Shown here: positions 1-6,730 of the stretch, piece after piece | Layout of the letters: each line of letters opens with the position of its first letter | Numbering within the stretch: the first letter of the stretch is position 1 | From: Candidatus Krumholzibacteriia bacterium | Lineage (GTDB): Bacteria; Krumholzibacteriota; Krumholzibacteriia; WVZY01 | Assembly: GCA_036478295.1 (NCBI GenBank) | Contig: JAZGDW010000126.1 | Location: forward strand, 1-14,223 | Reading direction: 5' to 3' | DNA: 14,223 bases | Made by a program: the position numbers and the translations under genes | The notes under the pieces: model-generated | Told to the model about the DNA's origin: nothing | Database searches by the model: none | What the model saw: the letters and a program-made list of their open reading frames with translations, nothing else

Positions 1-572
1 TCGGCTGACTCACCCAACTGGTCCCCCCATCGGTGGTGCGAAGGATCGTACCCAGGTCTCCCACGGCCGTCCCCGTCGTGTCATCGGTAAAGGAGACGCC
101 CCGGAGCGCGCTTATCGTCCCGCTCGGCTGACTCACCCAACTGGTCCCCCCATCGGTGGTGCGAAGGATCATACCGAAGTCTCCTACGGCCGTCCCCGTC
201 GTGTCATCGGTAAAGGAGACGCCCCGGAGCGCGCTCATCGTCGTGCTCGTTTGATTCACCCAATTGGTCCCCCCATCGGTGGTGCGAACGATAGTGCCCA
301 GATCTCCCACGGCCGTCCCCGTCGTGTCATCGGTAAAGGAGACGCCCCGGAGCGAGCGTATCGTCCTGCTCGTTTGACTCACCCAACTGCTCCCCCCATC
401 GGTGGTGCGAAGGATCGTACCCAGGTCTCCCACAGCCGTCCCTGTCGTGTCATCGGTAAAGGAGACGCCAAAGAGATTGTTTGTCGTCCCGCTCGTTTGA
501 ATCACCCAACTGATCCCCCCATCGGTGGTGCGAAGGATCGTGCCCAGATCTCCTACGGCCGTCCCCGTCGTG
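1..572. repeat. Coding tandem repeat, 123-bp (41-codon) period, about 4.6 copies visible
   Basis: CCCCCCATCGGTGGTGCGAA recurs every 123 bp. Units 1-123 and 124-246 differ at 7 positions by manual count (about 94% identity). Confidence 0.97.
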
Positions 573-739
573 GCGTTCACGAAATGCACCGCCTGCAGGG
601 AATTCCCCTGGGGCAGGGGATTCTGCCAGGACCAGTCTTGCGGCGGTTGCGTTGCGCTACTCGGAGTAGTGCCGCTTAGACCGGACAGAAAGAAAATGAG
701 ATTCGCGAAAAGGAAAGCCTTCCACGTTTTCCAGAGCAT
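1..739 (-). CDS. Secreted Asp-box/BNR-repeat beta-propeller protein (YCF48-related), 5' part; truncated by the left edge
   Basis: Not in the ORF track. ATG at 739 with GGAGGT 5 nt upstream; the frame is open to the window edge (246 codons). Manual translation: MLWKTWKAFLFANLIFFLSGLSGTTPSSATQPPQDWSWQNPLPQGNSLQAVHFVNATTGTAVGDLGTILRTTDGGISW..., then 41-aa repeats LxGVSFTDDTTGTAVGDxGxIxRTTDGGxxW. Signal-peptide-like N-terminus and five TxDGGxxW Asp-boxes visible. Confidence 0.92.
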   Translation of the reverse strand, partial: MLWKTWKAFLFANLIFFLSGLSGTTPSSATQPPQDWSWQNPLPQGNSLQAVHFVNATTGTAVGDLGTILRTTDGGISWVIQTSGTTNNLFGVSFTDDTTGTAVGDLGTILRTTDGGSSWVSQTSRTIRSLRGVSFTDDTTGTAVGDLGTIVRTTDGGTNWVNQTSTTMSALRGVSFTDDTTGTAVGDFGMILRTTDGGTSWVSQPSGTISALRGVSFTDDTTGTAVGDLGTILRTTDGGTSWVSQP

Positions 740-879
740 GGGACACCTCCGTGTTGGTAGCGGTAGAACGAAAACTATACCATAAGCAACCGTTTGGCAT
801 CCAGTTCAGAACGGCCGACCGGGGGGTATTGATAAATGTCAGCTTTCAACGCGTTACGGCGGGCTGATCGGGTCTGCGC

Positions 880-910
880 AAAGGAAAGGACCCGCGATCA
901 GTCGCGGGTC
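880..910 (-). terminator. Hairpin, possible second intrinsic terminator
   Basis: 9-bp stem GACCCGCGA/TCGCGGGTC (889-897/902-910) with a 4-nt loop, followed on the minus strand by CTTTCCTTT. Confidence 0.5.
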
Positions 911-920
911 ACTCATTGGA

Positions 921-946
921 GTAGACACAAAAAGTAGACACAAAAA
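921..946. repeat. Perfect 13-bp tandem direct repeat (GTAGACACAAAAA x2)
   Basis: 921-933 and 934-946 are identical. Confidence 0.9.
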
Positions 947-969
947 GACCCGTGCTCTTGCACGGGTCT
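942..969 (-). terminator. Rho-independent terminator of the tRNA-Gln/tRNA-Glu transcript
   Basis: 10-bp stem AGACCCGTGC/GCACGGGTCT (946-955/960-969) with a 4-nt loop and a T-run on the minus strand, 7 nt after the tRNA-Glu CCA. Confidence 0.8.
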
Positions 970-976
970 CTCGAAA

Positions 977-1051
977 TGGTAGCCCCTAGGGGGATCGAAC
1001 CCCTGTTTTATGGCTGAGAACCATATGTCCTAACCACTAGACGAAGGGGCC
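977..1051 (-). tRNA. tRNA-Glu(CTC)
   Basis: Minus strand folds as a cloverleaf: GGCCCCT TC GTCT AGTGGTTA GGAC A TATGG TTCTCAG CCATA AAAC AGGGG TTCGATC CCCCT AGGGGCT A CCA. Anticodon CTC, encoded CCA. Confidence 0.97.
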
Positions 1052-1059
1052 AGAAAAAG

Positions 1060-1133
1060 TGGTTGGCGAGGGAGGACTCGAACCTCCGTCGGCTGATCCA
1101 GAGTCAGCTGTCCTGCCACTAGACGACTCGCCA
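1060..1133 (-). tRNA. tRNA-Gln(CTG)
   Basis: Minus strand: TGGCGAG TC GTCT AGTGGCA GGAC A GCTGA CTCTGGA TCAGC CGAC GGAGG TTCGAGT CCTCC CTCGCCA A CCA. Anticodon CTG, U1:A72. Confidence 0.97.
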
Positions 1134-1143
1134 GTGATTCGGA

Positions 1144-1172
1144 AATCTATCAGGTCACCTGGGGCAAATCAA
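1144..1172 (-). promoter_or_regulatory. Sigma70-type promoter for the tRNA-Gln/tRNA-Glu pair
   Basis: Minus strand TTGATT (1172-1167), 17-nt spacer, TAGATT (1149-1144), with an extended -10 TG; 10 nt upstream of tRNA-Gln. Confidence 0.7.
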
Positions 1173-1264
1173 CCTCAAAGTGGCTGTGGAACGTGCAACA
1201 CACCCGACGCGTGGGTTCGAGTCAGCCCGCACACGAACGGTGGCAAGTAATGATCACGGGAAAA

Positions 1265-2872
1265 TCACGGTCGCTTCGTGCCGGGGTTCTGTTTGTTCCG
1301 GGTCGCCGTAGGTTTGCTCGCCGTCGGGGCACGCTTGTTCCGGGCCGCCGCCATCAATCGCTCCACGCACTTTTCCTCGCCCAGCAGGTGAATCACTGAA
1401 AAGACGTCGGGAGACACGCTCCTCCCGGTGAGCGCCACACGGCACGGATGAATGAGCTGGGCCGCGGGTATGTCGAGGTCCGCGGCCAGTTGGCGTACCT
1501 GGGTTTCGATTTCACCGCGGTCGAACGGGTCGAGTGCCGCCAAAGTCTCCGCCAGTCGGGTGAGACGCGCCGCGGTATCCGGATCACCAAGATGTTCGTC
1601 GTACGCATGGGCGTCGATTGGGTAATCGTCTTTGTAGAAATAGGCAAGTATGCGGGACGCGTCTTTCAGGTTCTTGAGACGATTACCCATGACTTTGAGG
1701 ATGATCGCCAGGCGGGGCAACTCGTCCCGGTAGCCGGGACTCCTCAGCTCGACGGATTTTCGCGCGGCCTGGCCGCCGTTGTGTGCGTCGGCGGACAACC
1801 ATTCCTTGACCTGGAAGTCCGCCGGAAAGATGCCGTCTTCTGCCAGCTTGTCGAAGACGAGAGCCACGCGTTCCATCGATTCCAATTTCTTGAAATGCTC
1901 CCCATCGATAAAATTCAGCTTGTCGGGATCAAACGCGGCGGGGTTCTTGACGACCCGCTTCAGCGAAAAGCTCTTTACCAGGTTTTCCCTCGTAAAGAAC
2001 TCGGTCTTGCCGTCGAGCGACCAGCCCAGCAGCGCCAGGTAGTTGACCAGCGCGTCGGGCAGGTAACCCATGCGACGGAATTCCTGTACTGACGCGGCGC
2101 CGTGACGCTTGGAGAGGCGCGTGCGGTCGCTACCCAGGATCATGGGCAAATGCGCGAACTTCGGAATTTTGTAGCCAAGCGCTTTGTAGACGAGAACCTG
2201 CTTGGGAGTGTTCGATAGGTGGTCATCTCCACGGATAATGTGCGAGATCTTCATCTTCGCATCATCGACAGCGACGGCGAAGTTGTACGTCGGCCTGCCG
2301 TCTGATTTGATGAGGACGAAATCATCCAGCTCTTCGTTGCTAAAGGTGATCGGTCCGCGGATGATGTCGTAGATTCGTGTTTCTCCTACGGGCATGCGAA
2401 AACGGACCACGTGCGAGACTTTTTTCAGAACCCGCGAGTCGACTTCATCGGCGGGAAGGTTGTGGCAGCGGCCGTCGTAGCGTGGAGGCCTGCCGTTCTC
2501 CGCCGCCTCGGCGCGCATCTCCTCCAGTTCTGCGGCGGTGCAGAAGCACCTGTAGGCGTGCCCTTCCGCCAGCAGCTTCTGCGCCTCTGTGTGGTACAAC
2601 ACCTGGCGTGCGGACTGCAGGTAGGGGCCGCAGGGACCGTCCTTGATGGGTCCCTCATCCCAATCGAGGCCCAGCCATTGCATCGCGTCCAGGATCGCCC
2701 GGTATGACGATTCGGTGGACCGCACCGCGTCGGTATCTTCGATTCGCAGCACGAACACACCGCCCGTCTTGCGGGCGTAGAGCCAGTTGAAGAGCGCTGT
2801 GCGTGCGCCACCGATATGAAGGTGACCCGTGGGGCTGGGTGCGAACCGTACTCTTATTCCGGATTCCGTCAT
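1265..2872 (-). CDS. gltX: Glutamate--tRNA ligase
   Basis: VRFAPSPTGHLHIGG (HIGH motif), LRIEDTD, CFC...YDGRC Zn-site, IRGDDH, RLSKR (KMSKS-like); helical anticodon-binding domain with RVALTG. Adjacent to tRNA-Glu and tRNA-Gln. Confidence 0.97.
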   Translation of the reverse strand: MTESGIRVRFAPSPTGHLHIGGARTALFNWLYARKTGGVFVLRIEDTDAVRSTESSYRAILDAMQWLGLDWDEGPIKDGPCGPYLQSARQVLYHTEAQKLLAEGHAYRCFCTAAELEEMRAEAAENGRPPRYDGRCHNLPADEVDSRVLKKVSHVVRFRMPVGETRIYDIIRGPITFSNEELDDFVLIKSDGRPTYNFAVAVDDAKMKISHIIRGDDHLSNTPKQVLVYKALGYKIPKFAHLPMILGSDRTRLSKRHGAASVQEFRRMGYLPDALVNYLALLGWSLDGKTEFFTRENLVKSFSLKRVVKNPAAFDPDKLNFIDGEHFKKLESMERVALVFDKLAEDGIFPADFQVKEWLSADAHNGGQAARKSVELRSPGYRDELPRLAIILKVMGNRLKNLKDASRILAYFYKDDYPIDAHAYDEHLGDPDTAARLTRLAETLAALDPFDRGEIETQVRQLAADLDIPAAQLIHPCRVALTGRSVSPDVFSVIHLLGEEKCVERLMAAARNKRAPTASKPTATRNKQNPGTKRP

Positions 2873-3870
2873 GGCTTCTCGAGAACGATCGAATAATCTG
2901 AGGCCACCCTCAAAACGTCGTCGTAACCGCCGCCGAATGCGCCGCGAAAAGCTTCGTCCAGCGTACGGCCCTCTCCGAGGAGGGTGATCGCCTCTTTCAA
3001 CTTATCATCACCGTACGTTTCGACGAGTTGCTTGACCATACGGTAGGAACGGTAGTACGCAATGCGGGATTCCTCGCGAGATTCCTCACCGCCGAGAATC
3101 AGTTCGATCCGGTCGGGTTTCATTTCCGCGCTCACCCCGGGAAACTCGAGCATCTGTTCCTCGAGAATGCCCCCTTCGGCCGAAAGATAAGAGGCAAAGC
3201 CTTCCTCCAACCAGCGCGGCGCCCCGTAGCGCGACATTTTCTGGATCGCCCACTGGAAATACTCGTGCGGCATGGCGACCCCGTCGATACCGCGCTTTAC
3301 CATCACGAATATCGGTTGAAAAGTAATGCTGTCGCCGGAAATCTCCGAATAGTACCACCACTCGCGTCCCGTCGTTTGTTTGTAAACCTTGAGATCGGGC
3401 GGGAAACTTATGACCGGTCTTTCCTCAGGGACCGTTCCGAAATAGGTCTTTAACTCGTGCCGCGCCGGCATCAATACGTTGAACACTCGCATGGCGTGGG
3501 TAACGGTCGTGCGCCCCGCGGGATACCAGACCTCGAAGTGGTCGTTGGCGAGAACACCGCCTTCCTTGACCCAGTACTCGTCGCGGTGGATCTGGTGCCG
3601 TTTCTTCAACCGCCGCAGCGTGTCACGAATAGCGGGCGTGAGCCCCCCGGAGGGACTTGGTCTCGGGACGTATTGACTGCGGTCCATCTCACTCACCTTG
3701 CGCGACCCACCTGTCGTGTCCCGGCGGGTCGACGCGTGGTCATGGGTCGTGTGATCGGTCACCTCGTTGGTCGCCGTTGTCACCTCGTTGCTCGGCTCGT
3801 CGGATCTCGTGCAGCCCGCGACAACGGCGACTGCGCAGGCGACCACCACCATTCGGGTCAGTCCACTCAT
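2869..3870 (-). CDS. Lipoprotein with peptidase MA/gluzincin-like domain and degenerate zinc motif
   Basis: Lipobox VAGC (Cys20), Thr/His-rich linker, HEYFQ followed by PRWLEEGFASY. ATGA overlaps with both ilvC and gltX. Confidence 0.8.
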   Translation of the reverse strand: MSGLTRMVVVACAVAVVAGCTRSDEPSNEVTTATNEVTDHTTHDHASTRRDTTGGSRKVSEMDRSQYVPRPSPSGGLTPAIRDTLRRLKKRHQIHRDEYWVKEGGVLANDHFEVWYPAGRTTVTHAMRVFNVLMPARHELKTYFGTVPEERPVISFPPDLKVYKQTTGREWWYYSEISGDSITFQPIFVMVKRGIDGVAMPHEYFQWAIQKMSRYGAPRWLEEGFASYLSAEGGILEEQMLEFPGVSAEMKPDRIELILGGEESREESRIAYYRSYRMVKQLVETYGDDKLKEAITLLGEGRTLDEAFRGAFGGGYDDVLRVASDYSIVLEKP

Positions 3871-4865
3871 GAATCATCCTCCTTCAGATACGACATGAGC
3901 GCCCGAACAGGGATACCGGCGCTTTCGATCGGATGTTTGGCTTCGGCGGCGATATAGCGACCGAGACGCTCCTGGCCGTCGTCGGTTTCTTTCCGCCACC
4001 CGCGGGCGAAATCGCCCGACTCGATGGATTTCAAAATCGATCTCATTTTCGACTTCACTTCTCCGGTGACAATGGCCTGTTCTGCAACGTAGCTTCCCCA
4101 CGCAGCCGTGCGACTGATCTTCTCACGCATGAACTGCACACCTCCCCGGGACATCAGGTCGGTGATAATCTGCAGCTCGTGGAGGCATTCGATATACGCG
4201 ACCTGTGGATCGTACCCGTTCTCCACCAGGGTTTCGAACGCCGCCTTGACGAGCGCCGGTACGCCCCCACACAGCACCACCTGTTCTCCAAAAAGATCGG
4301 TGACCGCCTCCTCGCGAAACGTGGTCTCGATGGCGCCCGCCCGCAGGCACCCGAGCATCTGTGCGTAGGAAAGCATCTTGTCACGCGCGTGCCCCGAGGC
4401 GTCCCGCTCCACCGCCACCAGGCACATCAGCCCCTGGTCCTGCGTGTAGAGTTTGCGCAGGAAATGTCCTTGCCCCTTCGGCGCGACCAGGATCACGTCG
4501 TGCCCCTGTGGCGGGTCGATCTCGCCAAAGGTGATGGTGAAGCCGTGGGCAAAGACCAGCGTCGCCCCCCGCCTGAGATGGGGCAGGATTTCGCCCTCGA
4601 AGGCTCCGGCCTGCACTTCGTCTGGCAACAGCACCACCACGTAGTCCGCCGCCGCCACTGCTTCAGAGACCTCGAGCGGTTTGAAGCCGTCTGCTTCGGC
4701 CCGCTGCCATCCTCCACCGCCGCGCCGGGCTCCCACCACGACCTCCACCCCGCTGTCTGCCAGGTTCAAGGCATGGGCGTGCCCCTGGTTGCCGTAGCCG
4801 ATGATCGCCGCCGGCACACCTTGCATGACGTTCCGGGCGACGTCCGCGTCTCTATATACTTTCAT
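3867..4865 (-). CDS. ilvC: Ketol-acid reductoisomerase, class I (short form), divergent
   Basis: IIGYGNQGHAHALNL, LLPDE, FAHGF, APKGQGH, TDLFGEQVVLCGG, AYIECLHE. Start preferred at MKVY (4865, GGAAGG upstream) rather than 4898. Confidence 0.93.
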   Translation of the reverse strand: MKVYRDADVARNVMQGVPAAIIGYGNQGHAHALNLADSGVEVVVGARRGGGGWQRAEADGFKPLEVSEAVAAADYVVVLLPDEVQAGAFEGEILPHLRRGATLVFAHGFTITFGEIDPPQGHDVILVAPKGQGHFLRKLYTQDQGLMCLVAVERDASGHARDKMLSYAQMLGCLRAGAIETTFREEAVTDLFGEQVVLCGGVPALVKAAFETLVENGYDPQVAYIECLHELQIITDLMSRGGVQFMREKISRTAAWGSYVAEQAIVTGEVKSKMRSILKSIESGDFARGWRKETDDGQERLGRYIAAEAKHPIESAGIPVRALMSYLKEDDS

Positions 4866-5106
4866 TCCTGCCTTCCCAAGATCCACCGGAGGAACCATAC
4901 TGTATGTATCCCGAGGGAATCATCGGTGCGGGCCGCCGGTCGGGGCGGCCAGCGGAGGACCGCGCCAACGGTAGCGGGTTGCGGATACGCTCAGTCGTTA
5001 TTTTACAACAATTTTGCCACCGGTTCTCCAGAATTTTGTCGAATCTGCCGGCACTCACACCGGCGCGGGACGCGGCTACCGGCCGGTTGACCGCCCCGGG
5101 GCCCTA

Positions 5107-5135
5107 TTGACAAGTCCCAACGATTCTAATAGATT
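5107..5135 (+). promoter_or_regulatory. Sigma70-type promoter of the tRNA-Met/tilS transcript
   Basis: Perfect TTGACA (5107-5112), 17-nt spacer, TAGATT (5130-5135); 21 nt upstream of the tRNA. Confidence 0.8.
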
Positions 5136-5156
5136 ATGGGGACTTTGAAAGACACG

Positions 5157-5233
5157 GGCGGTGTAGCTCAGTTGGTTAGAGCAGCGGAATCATAATCCGC
5201 GTGTCCGGGGTTCGAGTCCCTGCACCGCCACCA
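5157..5233 (+). tRNA. tRNA with CAT anticodon, most likely elongator tRNA-Met
   Basis: GGCGGTG TA GCTC AGTTGGTTA GAGC A GCGGA ATCATAA TCCGC GTGTC CGGGG TTCGAGT CCCTG CACCGCC A CCA. G1:C72 is paired (not an initiator); G2:C71 and C3:G70 are Met-type; it lacks the C4:G69/C5:G68 of Ile2. Confidence 0.93.
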
Positions 5234-5299
5234 TCAATCCGGTCCGCCGATACCCGGCGCCTCTCCCGCCCGCCCGCGTCATTAAACAAGGAGAATCCG

Positions 5300-6718
5300 T
5301 TGTCACCCGACGACGCCGGTCGCCTGAAAGAGTCCGTCAAGTGGTTCTGTCTGTCCGAAGAGCTGATCCCAGAGGGGTCGCTCGTGCTCGCCGCCGTATC
5401 CGGCGGTCCGGATTCGATGGCCCTGCTGTCGATCCTGCATGAACTCGGCAAAGATCTCGGGTTTCGCGTGACCGTCGGCCACTTCGACCACCAGATTCGG
5501 CCGTCCAGTGACGACGACCGTGCCCTGGTCGAGGAATACGCGCGGAGTGCCGGCTTGGCCTTCCACAAGGGCAGGGGAGACGTACCGGCACTGGCAGAGG
5601 CGAGCGGTGACTCCCTGGAAGAGGCCGCCCGAAAGGCCCGCTACCGCTTTCTCGCAGACGTGGCGGAGAAGATCGGCGCCGAGCGCATCGCCACCGGCCA
5701 TACGCGCAACGATCAAGTGGAGACCGTCATCATGCGAATCCTCCGCGGCACCGGTATCCGCGGACTGACCGGAATCCCCACGCGACGCGGCAAAATCGTT
5801 CGTCCGCTGCTTTGCCTGGGGAGAGAGGATACGCACGCCTACTGCGAGGCCCTGAACATCCGTTCGGCCGTGGACCCATCCAACGAGGACACCCGTTTCG
5901 TGCGCAACCGCATCCGCCGGGAACTGCTGCCGCTGCTCGAGAAATCCTACCACGCCGGTGTCGAGGAAAACCTGCTGCGCCTGTCCCAAAACGCCCAGGA
6001 CGTCATCTCCCATATTCGACTGCAGACGCAGCCCCTGATCGAGCGTAACCTGCGGCGGGCCCCGGACGGGGAGTGGATCCTGAACGTTTCCAAGATTGCG
6101 GCGCTCGACGAAACCTCGCTGTTTGTGCTCTTCGGAGACCTCCTGGCGGAGTCGATAGGATGCGACGCCGATTTTTCGAGGGTCCACTACGAAGGCCTCG
6201 CCCAGTTGGTAAAGGACTCACGCGCCTCCGGCCGGATGCTCAGCCTGCCGGGACTGGTGGTCAAGAGAGAGTACGAAAACCTGGTGATCACACGTTCCAC
6301 GGCCAGCGCGAAAACGACGCCCGCCTGGGATTACCGTGCGACGCTGACGTTTCCGGGCGACACACAGGCGGCGGGGCTCCACGTCAAAACGGAGATCCTC
6401 CACCGTAACGAGCTCGCTGATTCGTCGTTGATGGCGACCGCAGGCACGGCGTGCTTTGCCATGGACAAGCTAAGGCTGCCCCTGGTGCTGAGGAGTCCAG
6501 TCGAGGGTGACCGCATGCAGCCGTTTGGCATGCAGGGCACCAAGAAGCTGAGCGACATCTTTATCGACAAGAAAATCCCCAGCCGCGATCGTACCCGTTC
6601 GCTCATCGTCACTGACGCCACCGGGATCCTGTGGCTGGTCGGAGTCACAACGAGTGAAAAATCGCGGGTGGCAGAGACCACCGATAAAATAGTCAGAATC
6701 TCGATCGATCATGAATAA
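5300..6718 (+). CDS. tilS: tRNA(Ile)-lysidine synthetase
   Basis: AVSGGPDS PP-loop, HFDH, EEAARKARY, TGHTRNDQVET, RPLL, DPSN, RNRIR, C-terminal KKLSDIFIDKKIP. Start moved to TTG at 5300 (AAGGAG upstream) because the ORF-track start lies inside the tRNA. Confidence 0.95.
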   Translation: MSPDDAGRLKESVKWFCLSEELIPEGSLVLAAVSGGPDSMALLSILHELGKDLGFRVTVGHFDHQIRPSSDDDRALVEEYARSAGLAFHKGRGDVPALAEASGDSLEEAARKARYRFLADVAEKIGAERIATGHTRNDQVETVIMRILRGTGIRGLTGIPTRRGKIVRPLLCLGREDTHAYCEALNIRSAVDPSNEDTRFVRNRIRRELLPLLEKSYHAGVEENLLRLSQNAQDVISHIRLQTQPLIERNLRRAPDGEWILNVSKIAALDETSLFVLFGDLLAESIGCDADFSRVHYEGLAQLVKDSRASGRMLSLPGLVVKREYENLVITRSTASAKTTPAWDYRATLTFPGDTQAAGLHVKTEILHRNELADSSLMATAGTACFAMDKLRLPLVLRSPVEGDRMQPFGMQGTKKLSDIFIDKKIPSRDRTRSLIVTDATGILWLVGVTTSEKSRVAETTDKIVRISIDHE

Positions 6719-6730
6719 TCCGGGCGCTCA

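Noticed and set aside
1..572. CRISPR array
   Set aside because: The whole 123-bp unit repeats with no unique spacers, the period is 41 codons of an open frame, and there are no cas genes.
40..610. Diversity-generating retroelement template/variable repeats
   Set aside because: Differences are not confined to adenines (e.g. TTT vs CGG) and there is no reverse transcriptase in the window.
251..785. Plus-strand ORFs 251..679 and 525..785
   Set aside because: Antisense shadows of the minus-strand propeller gene, which has the RBS, signal peptide and Asp-boxes.
1211..1230. T-arm-like GTGGGTTCGAGTC as a tRNA fragment or att core
   Set aside because: The T-stem does not close, there is no acceptor arm or CCA, and it lies on the opposite strand to the tRNAs.
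1059..1250. 63-aa plus-strand ORF
   Set aside because: It is the antisense reading of tRNA-Gln and its promoter.
5004..5019. Sigma54-like promoter on the minus strand (TGGCAA-N5-TTGTA)
   Set aside because: It lacks the conserved C of the -12 GC; a sigma70 -10 (TAAAAT) explains the patch equally well.
5201..5299. N-terminal extension of TilS in the ORF track
   Set aside because: It starts inside the tRNA; TTG at 5300 has a proper AAGGAG.
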